This document shows positions 7,787 to 16,399 of a stretch of DNA of 64,000 nucleotides, one piece after another; the first letter of the stretch is position 1, and every line of letters begins with the position of its first letter. A program made the translations under genes and the position numbers. The notes under the pieces are model-generated. The model had not been told where the DNA came from. It saw only the letters and a list, made by a program, of their open reading frames with translations, and searched no databases. Location of the stretch: the NCBI GenBank assembly GCA_051294905.1, contig CM119373.1, positions 37,572,001 to 37,636,000 on the forward strand. The letters run 5' to 3'. This DNA is from Botryllus schlosseri. Its lineage: Eukaryota.

Positions 7787-10700
7787 TTACACATTCAATG
7801 GCAGGGTTGACACACCATCCTCGAGCACTCGGCGTTTGGCATAGAAATAGGAAAATGTTTTACGCTGTTGTTTGTACGTATAGACACCCCTATCTCTGCA
7901 CCGAAACCCCTTGTTCACTCCCCCGACAGATTGCCTAGATGTCAAGACACCCAGAAAAGTTTCGAAATCGACTGGGTTGGATTTCTGGAGGCCTTTGGAA
8001 GCTAATTTTTTCTTTGGTCCATCACAAAAGTAATTTTTGGATTGGAGCCCACAGAAGGATGTACCACCTTCGTACTCCACTTTCATCAAACCCGGTTGAC
8101 GAAGGTAATACGCATACGTGTCTTTACAACACTGTCTCGATCGGTCAAAAGAAACCGGATCAGCCAAAAACTCAGTTCGGTGCTCGTCACAAAAATAGCG
8201 TGGAAACCAGTTCTCGTATTCCACATAAAATTCATCTCTTTTCTCGGGGATAAGGATATCGTCGAATGAGGCTGAGTGCGAAAGATAGAGAGAGTCCGTG
8301 TCCATCATTAATAGCATGAAGCACTCGTCACGGAAATATTTACACAAGCAGTCATAAAAAAACGAGAGCATCTTAAGCTTAGCATTGTTATAAACCCAGA
8401 ACCCCACTTGAATACAGTTACCCCACTTGATCGTTTTAGGTCGCTTCGTTACTTCAAATAGATCAGCGTTCAATTCATCATATTTCACAAAAAAGCGATC
8501 CTCAACATTGCCATCCAATTCACTTTTATCACAGTAGGTGGTTCGTTTGAATTTACGTGGATTCATCAAGACCCGGCCATAGCTGCTATTTCCGGCTAAT
8601 TTTTGCGTCAGGGCAATGATCTCTAGGCTAGGGTCACGATCTCCAGCACGTCGACAATCCGAGACATTTTTCGCGAAGGTGTCAAAACATGTCTTTTTGG
8701 TGAATTCGACCGCCTCATGAATTTTGGATATAATCAATCCGTGTTCAACATACCACTTGATCAAGTCGGAGGTCAACAAGATTTTCTTACCCCAGTATGA
8801 AGCAACTAACATGCGCGTGGGTTTGGTGAGTAATTTGCGATCAATGGCGAACTGTTTCATTTGACCTGACAAATGCTCGCGAGACACCATTGTATTTTTG
8901 AATATCGGACATAGTTCAACAAACTTCCTTTGCAAATGTTTTGGTGTAAAAATATCGACTGATAAACATCCAAAGAATGTACCGGTCATTACCATCTCCA
9001 TCAATTTATGCGCGGTGACAGACTTGGTTCGAGTCAATTGCGATTGAATTCCATCAAGATATCGCACAATATCAGGATTTTCCTGTTTCTCCGTGCGCCA
9101 GTCGCATTCCCATTTACATATGACTTGATAATTGAGGCTTTTGTAATAATCATGAACACGTTTAGTTCGTTCTCGACGTTCCAAGTCATCACAACCAAAT
9201 CTGCATTGATGCGCGTGAAAATGACACCCAAGAAAAGACAAGATTACCCCTTGACCAGCCGAATTACGATAGAACCCATCAGCGGGGTAATTACGGGCTC
9301 CTACGCGGATTTCAGGTCCATTAAAAGCATGGTGGACATGTACATTGTGAATATATGAATACCAGTTTAGCCATTGAGCTGCTGTCTCCCCCCATTTCGG
9401 TGCGGTCTTGACAGGTTTGAATTTAGTACACTCAGCATCGAGTGGTTGCCAATGTACCGGGAAACCAGTTGGACTAGGTTCACTCAAAGCAAAAAGGTAT
9501 AACGAATTGCTGTCCAGCCCTGTTACATGTTGGGTGATCTGAGCGTTTTCCTTATGAAAAAATTCTTTGATTCGAGTTTCACCCTGTTTTTGATATCGAT
9601 GGAAAATGACCGACGGCCCACCCACTAAATTGTCTCTGAATAGTGAAACCAGGTCTTGGTGTTTATCATTGAACAAGGTGAAATCGCGTGGGATGCTATT
9701 GAAAAGATGCCTCGATACAACCCCGGGTAGGGAGACAGCTTCTTTGAATATATCCACACTGAATTGACTTTTGAAAGATTGAAATTGTTTTTCTAACCCC
9801 TCAATGAAGTAGTGAGTATCGATTGCGTTGTACCATTTGAGATAATCACGTAAGGTTGTCATTTTGTTATCGTTCCAAACCTTCAAACAGTTTTCATATT
9901 CAGCTGTGGATATATTACGATCTTCTAGTGAGCTGTAAAAGTCGCTGTGGCTAGGAAGACTCGGATAATCTAACTTTTCCAAACTAGTCAGAAACTCGTA
10001 CGGAAAATGACCTTTAGCGGCGCTACATTTGAAGGCTTTCAAATAAGCATCGTACGAGAACCCGGGTGCCAAGTAATTTACAATGTCCAAAAATTTAAGT
10101 CTGTTAGTTGTCAACGAGAGGAAGTTGTTACCTCGTTTCAATACATTCAGATTTTCATCAACGAGTAAACCCATCAAGTACTCTTTGAGACAGTTCAAGT
10201 CATACCGACCACCATTGAACGATAAAACAGGGATTTGTTTTAAATATCGCATAAACTCCTCTTGTAAACGTTCAAGAGGTATTTTTCTTTCGGAAGGATC
10301 GAGCGCTCTCATTTCGGTAATTTTAGTTTCGAGCATGTCCAAGTAGTGTTGATATTCCGTCAGTAACAATCTGAATGACTCACTTTGAATATCATGAAAA
10401 TGATCAACCATTTCCGCACACAAGTCATTTGGGTCACCGTTCGAGACAATTACATACGGCTCCAAGAACCCTTCCACATTAGAAGAGATGCTAACCGAAA
10501 TGGGAATATGTTTACACTCCCATGAAGTTTTGGAGGAATCTGGAATATCACACTTTTCAAACATGCTCTCTATGTCGAACGCGATACGGTATTTGAAATA
10601 ACGAAGCTGGTGAGGAACAAACACCCCTTCTAAATCAAGCTTTTCAAAGATGTTCAGAGGAGGTGTATACACGCCACCTGGAAACACTTCAACGACACCC

Positions 10701-11629
10701 GTTGTACATTTGTGTCTGGTCAATTCATACTGTTCGTTAAATAATCGTAGACAAACATCACATTTATAGGTCTCTATATACCGCCTCATGTCAGTAATGA
10801 GACAGAAGTGTGCATTTTCTAAATGTAGGTACACAGGTTTCCCTTCAAACGTACTACGTCGGAGAGCGCTAGCTTTACCCTCTGTCTTGGTGTACACGAT
10901 TATAGCAACATTAAACAAATCCTCGATATCGTCCAACATGTCAAGAGTTACACCAGATTCTACATTGATCCCACAAACCGAAGTGAATTGTTGAGCCAAT
11001 GCTTTGGCATCTTTGCCCAGTGAGTGGGCGATGCAACGAAAAGCGCACAGATTGTCCTTGTACAGATGTCGATTGGGTCGACTTAACATTGTCAAGATGC
11101 ATTTCGATTTTGTAAGCCATGTCGGTAGCTTAATACCAGCACAACCAATCAGTAAATGACCCGTAGGGTATACATAAAACTGGACATTGGTCAGACAGAC
11201 TGGCAGTGACTTTGTATCTACTCGAGAGTTTTGTAACAAATCAAGTGCGGTTTCCAAGCGAATAGATTCAACAAATTCATCGAATTCAGGTAGTGTTGAA
11301 ATTAGCGCCGGTGTTTCTAATACACTATCGATGTTTGCCGAAGCATGAAAATACCGAAATCTCAGAGTCTCAGTGTGATATAAAATGAAGGCATGTGCGT
11401 AGTTCACTTTAAAGGTATGTGACTCGGAGAAAAATATCGCTTGGATATCGCGGTAAACATCCGTTAGCTCACGATCGATAACTCGAATATTATACACATG
11501 ACTGGTCTTTTTCACTACATACGATTTTATCGCTTGCCAGTTCTGATTTACAACTTCTTGGCGTTCGTCACCGATCTCTGGTGGTGCATTCTCTTCTTCG
11601 CGAACACGATTCCGTCTGCGTCGACTCAT
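7787..11629 (-). CDS. pPolB: Protein-primed family B DNA polymerase, ~1280 aa from ATG 11629
   Basis: Exo I AFDIES, Exo II FNGGRYD, Exo III YNAIDT, motif A DSNSLY, motif B KLAGNSSYG, motif C MDTDS; no internal stops; acceptor ttttacag| abuts ATG. Confidence 0.97.
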   Translation of the reverse strand: MSRRRRNRVREEENAPPEIGDERQEVVNQNWQAIKSYVVKKTSHVYNIRVIDRELTDVYRDIQAIFFSESHTFKVNYAHAFILYHTETLRFRYFHASANIDSVLETPALISTLPEFDEFVESIRLETALDLLQNSRVDTKSLPVCLTNVQFYVYPTGHLLIGCAGIKLPTWLTKSKCILTMLSRPNRHLYKDNLCAFRCIAHSLGKDAKALAQQFTSVCGINVESGVTLDMLDDIEDLFNVAIIVYTKTEGKASALRRSTFEGKPVYLHLENAHFCLITDMRRYIETYKCDVCLRLFNEQYELTRHKCTTGVVEVFPGGVYTPPLNIFEKLDLEGVFVPHQLRYFKYRIAFDIESMFEKCDIPDSSKTSWECKHIPISVSISSNVEGFLEPYVIVSNGDPNDLCAEMVDHFHDIQSESFRLLLTEYQHYLDMLETKITEMRALDPSERKIPLERLQEEFMRYLKQIPVLSFNGGRYDLNCLKEYLMGLLVDENLNVLKRGNNFLSLTTNRLKFLDIVNYLAPGFSYDAYLKAFKCSAAKGHFPYEFLTSLEKLDYPSLPSHSDFYSSLEDRNISTAEYENCLKVWNDNKMTTLRDYLKWYNAIDTHYFIEGLEKQFQSFKSQFSVDIFKEAVSLPGVVSRHLFNSIPRDFTLFNDKHQDLVSLFRDNLVGGPSVIFHRYQKQGETRIKEFFHKENAQITQHVTGLDSNSLYLFALSEPSPTGFPVHWQPLDAECTKFKPVKTAPKWGETAAQWLNWYSYIHNVHVHHAFNGPEIRVGARNYPADGFYRNSAGQGVILSFLGCHFHAHQCRFGCDDLERRERTKRVHDYYKSLNYQVICKWECDWRTEKQENPDIVRYLDGIQSQLTRTKSVTAHKLMEMVMTGTFFGCLSVDIFTPKHLQRKFVELCPIFKNTMVSREHLSGQMKQFAIDRKLLTKPTRMLVASYWGKKILLTSDLIKWYVEHGLIISKIHEAVEFTKKTCFDTFAKNVSDCRRAGDRDPSLEIIALTQKLAGNSSYGRVLMNPRKFKRTTYCDKSELDGNVEDRFFVKYDELNADLFEVTKRPKTIKWGNCIQVGFWVYNNAKLKMLSFFYDCLCKYFRDECFMLLMMDTDSLYLSHSASFDDILIPEKRDEFYVEYENWFPRYFCDEHRTEFLADPVSFDRSRQCCKDTYAYYLRQPGLMKVEYEGGTSFCGLQSKNYFCDGPKKKLASKGLQKSNPVDFETFLGVLTSRQSVGGVNKGFRCRDRGVYTYKQQRKTFSYFYAKRRVLEDGVSTLPLNV

Positions 11630-12150
11630 CTGTAAAATTAATAACATGCGGTCAAATTCAGCACTTGGGGAACATTAAACTAGTCTTACTTACATTCTAG
11701 TTTCTTCGCCGGTGTCTTCCTGGATTCTTTATGCTTAATAAAACAAGCAACACATCATACTATGTTCGCTAACATAGTGTTGTAGCAGATAACTTACCAG
11801 TAGACTCGTGTTTTCAACTTGAGTTTGCTCCGTCTGTCAACAACATAGAGAATTACATCATGTTCACTAGTTCTGAACAGCAATAACTTACCTATGCAAT
11901 TCTTTACTTCAATTTCGATGCTTGTTTTGGCTGTAGGATAAACGAATAACATATTATATTCATAAATCAAAGTAGTCATACCGAATAACTTACTAATTAA
12001 CTCCTTATCCAGCGATCCGCGTTCGAATATACCCAGACAGTCAGTCACGTTGTTCGCTGCTCGACACCCGGAGAGAAAGACCTAAACCGCTGATTCGAGA
12101 TTACAAGAGCGCCAGCACCACTAGTGGTTGCGCTTTTAGAATCTATTGTT
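11630..12150 (-). other. Putative multipartite non-coding 5' leader of pPolB (introns 11931-11993, 11834-11891, 11734-11797, 11630-11693; micro-exons 11892-11930, 11798-11833, 11694-11733)
   Basis: Four GTAAGT donors each paired with a pyrimidine-rich (Y/T)AG acceptor 58-64 nt away; exons lack ATG, every intron contains ATG. Confidence 0.7.
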
Positions 12151-12225
12151 TATTTATGGCTCTAATGTAAAATCTGAAACGGAAAACAGAAATTGAGAAT
12201 AGACACTCACAACAATGAAAATTAT

Positions 12226-13107
12226 TCAGCACAAATTATACTTCAATTTCGTTCTAATTTCTAGAAGTCGATGCAAGTACTCATTGGTTGCGGTATTTAA
12301 TTCAGGTTGAATCTCATCAAGACTCCAACGCTGACCCTTGACAGTGAGCAATCGTTTGATGTCAGCCATGAGCTTTGCGACAGTCAAATTTTTTTTCTCC
12401 GTCAACGAATCAACATAACATAGTATTGAACCTAAATGCGGCTTAACAACGTCAATAGTCTGAAGGTAGGTGACCATCTTGTCAACTGTGTATTGACATA
12501 ACTTTTCTTCCTGCTTCTTTTTTCCCTTCACGTCGTCGCGAAAATCATCGTCACTCGCGCTTTTAGATTTCACAGGTTTCTTACCAACCTTCTGTCTGGG
12601 TTCGGTACGATTCAAATTTTTCGATTTCCCATTACGAAGCTGTTTAGCCGGTGGTATGCCCACCGTTGTCGATATGGTTCTTTTTCGAGTTGGCTTGCCG
12701 GTTGATACAGATTTAGGAGTATCAGTCACCGATAGCGACTCCGCGGGGCGCGGTATCGTCATCCCAGAAGTCGACGGTTTCTCGGGATTCGGTAATTCGT
12801 TGCTAACGGCTGTCTCGTCGGTCGGTACACACGGTATCGTCACCAAGTTCGTGAGATCGTTAATCGCGCTTTCTCTAGCTAGTTGACCCGACTTCAACCA
12901 CGCCTGGCGCGCTATATCTGTATAGTTTGACTGCATTTCGATCGTTGCCGTAAGGTCGCGTTCTGCGGATTCTACTCTTAAATCCGACGTCATCAGATCA
13001 CCAGGATTAATCGCATCAAAGATATCCGCGTTCTCTTCAAATTGTGATTCGAATGCATTTGGTTCATAACCAAATTTATCAAGATTATCTATCTGAACCT
13101 CGGTCAT
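12226..13107 (-). CDS. Hypothetical Maverick protein, 293 aa (acidic N-terminus, S/T/P and basic linker, helical C-terminus)
   Basis: Long intact ORF with upstream TATAAATAGCCAA; no recognisable domain. Confidence 0.7.
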   Translation of the reverse strand: MTEVQIDNLDKFGYEPNAFESQFEENADIFDAINPGDLMTSDLRVESAERDLTATIEMQSNYTDIARQAWLKSGQLARESAINDLTNLVTIPCVPTDETAVSNELPNPEKPSTSGMTIPRPAESLSVTDTPKSVSTGKPTRKRTISTTVGIPPAKQLRNGKSKNLNRTEPRQKVGKKPVKSKSASDDDFRDDVKGKKKQEEKLCQYTVDKMVTYLQTIDVVKPHLGSILCYVDSLTEKKNLTVAKLMADIKRLLTVKGQRWSLDEIQPELNTATNEYLHRLLEIRTKLKYNLC

Positions 13108-13183
13108 TGTACAATAATTAATCTAACTGCTCCAACCAACGTTTATGTCTGCGACAGCGAAGTATAACAATCAGATCGCGGTG

Positions 13184-13196
13184 TTGGCTATTTATA
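13184..13196 (-). promoter_or_regulatory. TATA-box motif TATAAATAGCCAA upstream of 293-aa ORF
   Basis: Identical 13-mer to 5896-5908. Confidence 0.55.
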
Positions 13197-13201
13197 GATT
13201 T

Positions 13202-13289
13202 AATTCGATAGTAGCACGCGGCCGGATGGAAAATAATTCGGCGCGCAGGTCATTCGAAATATAGGCCGCACGCACACTGCGTAATCCTC
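13202..13289 (+). repeat. ~88-bp direct repeat, copy 1
   Basis: cgatagtagcac...cgcaggtcattcgaaatatagg.cgcacgcac...tgcgtaa.tcctc also at 15013-15098. Confidence 0.85.
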
Positions 13290-13570
13290 AGAACCGATCG
13301 CGTTTCCTAATTTCAGAACCGGACGTATTTAGTGTGTCACACAGGTCAAAACGCGGTCGCGGACATCTGTTTTTTCAAAATCGCACAGCGCACTGCGCTT
13401 TAGTGAATTTCCTGTTTAGCGAAACGGGCGATTTTATTGCGCCACACATGTCAAACGCACCCGCCAACATCTGTTTTTTCGAAATCTGAGCGGTGTATTT
13501 CACCATTTTAACACATTGTGGTGTCATTCTCATGGTTTACTTTTTCAGTTGATTGTTACATATACTCGTT

Positions 13571-13924
13571 ATGGCAACTAGCGCGATTATTGAGAATTAC
13601 CTTCTCTACTATCATAACTTGACAACCCCCATATTGAGCGAAACGGAAAAATTCATCCACGGAGTACTAGATTTCTATGTACATGGAGAAAACGTGAGCC
13701 GTGTTCGAAAGTGCGATTTTACCGCATTGGTTAACTCGATTCGATCATACGGCATCGACTGGAATGGGGTTTTTAGTGTCATAAGCATTGCGGCGATGAA
13801 AAGTGACATACGCACCCTAGCGGTGTACAGAGATTTAGCAACAGACATCTTGAATACTCACTACAGTACATTGATAAGTGACTGGGTACGAAGAAAATTC
13901 ATTCGTGTCGTTTGTCGCTTGTGA
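13571..13924 (+). CDS. Candidate Bcl-2-fold protein, 117 aa
   Basis: F.ALVNS.RSYGIDW.GVFSVIS aligns without gaps to BH1 ([23 protein letters not shown] of Bcl-xL); ISDWV resembles BH2; ATG 13571 follows acceptor tttttcag at 13548. Confidence 0.45.
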   Translation: MATSAIIENYLLYYHNLTTPILSETEKFIHGVLDFYVHGENVSRVRKCDFTALVNSIRSYGIDWNGVFSVISIAAMKSDIRTLAVYRDLATDILNTHYSTLISDWVRRKFIRVVCRL

Positions 13925-14086
13925 ACGGTATCATTTCTTACAGAACTCCTGTAAAGTTTATTTCAATCCAAGTCTATTCACGCGGGTCATCAGGATTATA
14001 CAAAGACTGTTAACTCACTCAATACCACGCACCTAATTCTATAAATATCGACGGATTTGTTGATGACTCTCACTTTATCAAACGAT

Positions 14087-14698
14087 ATGACATCGAACAG
14101 CGTCAGCAGTATGCAAGTCGGAGCAGTTTCAAATTTTCACGTCGGTGTCAAATTCGTCTCATCGCCCAAAAGAGGTGGCGTTAGTCAATATCTCAAAGGT
14201 ATATTCATCGACGGCAATAACGAAGAGATATCTTTCACGTGTTTCAATCGTGAATTGTTCGGGATCATTGAGAAAGCATTCTCCAAACGAAAAAAACTCA
14301 TGGTCAAATCCGGTTGGGTCCAAATTGACAAGTTTACTGGAAAACCTGCTGTATTACTGGGACGGGCTTCGTCAGTAACTCTGCATGGAAAATCGAGACA
14401 TACGACTGAAGAATACCCATTATTGACCTGTGAATCAGTATACGGAAATAAAGATGAATACGTCTCGATCGCCGCTACTTGTGTTTCTGGAGAGGAGAAG
14501 ACGGTCAATTCTGATGCCGGAAAGGAGTTGAAATTATACAGTTTTACATTGAAGGATGATACTGGTGAGGTGGTTTTGGACCAATGGAACAAAGCCTCGC
14601 TCGTACCCGGGAAGAAATATCAACTCACTCGTGTTAAAAACTGTGTCGGCAGCTTGAAAATCGATTCGTTAACTGGACTTGTTGAATTGAAAGAATAG
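14087..14698 (+). CDS. Tandem OB-fold, RPA/SSB-like single-stranded DNA-binding protein, ~203 aa
   Basis: C-half KTVNSDAGKELKLYSFTLKDDTGEVVLDQW...GKKYQL is an RPA-type OB signature; N-half has a similar FIDGNNEEISFTCF strand pattern; TATAAATA at 14040-14047. Confidence 0.6.
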   Translation: MTSNSVSSMQVGAVSNFHVGVKFVSSPKRGGVSQYLKGIFIDGNNEEISFTCFNRELFGIIEKAFSKRKKLMVKSGWVQIDKFTGKPAVLLGRASSVTLHGKSRHTTEEYPLLTCESVYGNKDEYVSIAATCVSGEEKTVNSDAGKELKLYSFTLKDDTGEVVLDQWNKASLVPGKKYQLTRVKNCVGSLKIDSLTGLVELKE

Positions 14699-15012
14699 TT
14701 TGCATATTTGTATACCACAATACAATATTTCATTTCGCGTAAAATGTATGACCTATGTGATTCGACAACTGGGTTAGCGCGGTGTTGTTCTACTGATCGA
14801 GGTGTGAAAATTGTACTATCGCGATGAAGTTGCGACTGTGAACAGCAGATTATTTTGTAGGTGCGAAACAGCGAATAAGCCGAAAGTATTATTCAGCTAG
14901 CGATCAATAGCGAGGAAAGAGAACACGATCGGTCATTTGACACGACTAAACTACGACATCATATATCATAATTTACGATCAAACTATTTCGCACTGAATG
15001 GAATAGTGTAAT

Positions 15013-15098
15013 AATCGATAGTAGCACACAGCTGCATGAGAAACAATTCCGCACGCAGGTCATTCGAAATATAGGTCGCACGCACTGCGTAAATCCTC
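15013..15098 (+). repeat. ~86-bp direct repeat, copy 2
   Basis: See 13202-13289. Confidence 0.85.
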
Positions 15099-15180
15099 TT
15101 GCAAGCCACGTTTCCGTTTGTGCGGTTATTGCTGGTGACTCGTACATATTCAACACCGCACGAGAGATGGCTGAAAGTAC

Positions 15181-15487
15181 GAATCACGACCGCACCCATA
15201 AGAACACATGGCGAATCACCACAGAACCCGTAAGAATACACGACAGGCGAATCGCCGCCACCGCCTATAGCAAAAAAGGCGAGTCACGACCACGAGTTTT
15301 CACGGCGAATCACCGCCACCGCCTATAGCAAAAAAGGCGAGTCACGACCGCACCCATAAGAACACATGGCGAATCGCGGCCCAGAGGAGGGTCTAAAAAG
15401 GCGAATCGCCACCCCGGGTTTCCAGGCGAATCGCCACCCCACCCATTAGAAACCTATGGCGCATCACGACCGATCTACATAACTACT
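15181..15487. repeat. Maverick terminal region: subterminal tandem repeats and terminal ACTACT
   Basis: cacgaccgcacccataagaacacatggcgaatc x2, gccaccgcctatagcaaaaaaggcgagtcacgacc x2, many ggcgaatc cores; ends ACTACT at 15487. Confidence 0.75.
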
Positions 15488-16175
15488 GCCGGTATATTTC
15501 GAACGTCTCTATTTGTAATTAATCCCAAATATTTTCTTTCAGCATTGCTTTCTACTGGTTGGAATTAAGCCAAATTTAAGTTATTTTAGATAATCTAACA
15601 ATTTTAAGAAGTAGCCTCTTTTTTGAGATTCTGTCCTCATTTTTGGGAATTTGTTTTGGTAAATGTAGGGCAAATTCGACTAAGACAACAGTAAATCAGC
15701 ACTAAAGTAACGCTCCGGCGACTATTTCGGCAGCTGAGCAGGTAAGTTGACGTTTTTTCTGGTCAACCACCTGATATGATGTGAAAGCAAAACTGTACCT
15801 CTACATAAGCGTTTATCTGTTGATTCTTTACCAGCTTGTATCTAGCTAGACGTGATTTCGTAGGTTCTCTATGAGATAGTATGTAGACCTGATTCGTTTA
15901 TTCTCTATAAGCTATTTGTGAGCGGTCGTCGATGTGCTCGTAATAAAAACTGAATGCTTTTATTTGTGAAATATCAGACTGACAAGACAGATATTTGATT
16001 TAAAGTTCTAAGATTAGTAACGTTATTGTATTGGCGGCCTGTCTCGTCTATCTGTAGCATCGGTATATGAGGCCAGGAACTGCCTGTTATCTGCCTAACT
16101 AAATAAACTTGTGCCAACACTATGATAGGGAGAAAATAAGCATGTTTGGCAAGCAAGGAATTCGATATCACCCAA

Positions 16176-16391
16176 GCAGGATTGAAAACATTAGTTGAAC
16201 ATGACATCAATACTGTGACTTGGACTCGACTCGAGTCATAACACTATGACTCGGACTTGATCCTTAAAACGGTGACTTGGACTCGGACTCGAGTCGGTGA
16301 TGAATTGAAAATTACTCGACTCGACTCGAGTCAAAACCACAAAAGTCAGATTGACTCGTGACTCGGAACCATGTGACTTGGTTACAACCCT
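16176..16391. mobile_element. MITE-like element with gactcg(a)g repeats
   Basis: Ends caggattg / caaccctg; internal gacttggactcgactcgagtc repeats; related fragments at ~26284 and ~35101. Confidence 0.4.
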
Positions 16392-16399
16392 GGTTTCCT

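Larger units (their letters stand above)
1330..15487. mobile_element. Maverick/Polinton (adintovirus-like) endogenous DNA virus, left end deleted
   Basis: Co-located pPolB, retroviral-like integrase, FtsK-HerA ATPase, major and minor capsid genes; right end ...cataACTACT (15487) = AGTAGT-type terminus preceded by subterminal tandem repeats; left boundary inside MCP gene. Confidence 0.95.

Noticed and set aside
11794-12048. 84-aa ORF upstream of pPolB
   Set aside because: GTG start, reads through two predicted introns and ends in a GTAAGT donor; better explained as spliced leader
12226-14698. LxCxE retinoblastoma-binding motif in accessory proteins (ILCYVD, LLTCES)
   Set aside because: Neither fits the L-x-C-x-E spacing
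15181-15480. CRISPR-like repeat/spacer array
   Set aside because: Irregular tandem repeats without unique spacers, eukaryotic context; explained as Maverick subterminal repeats
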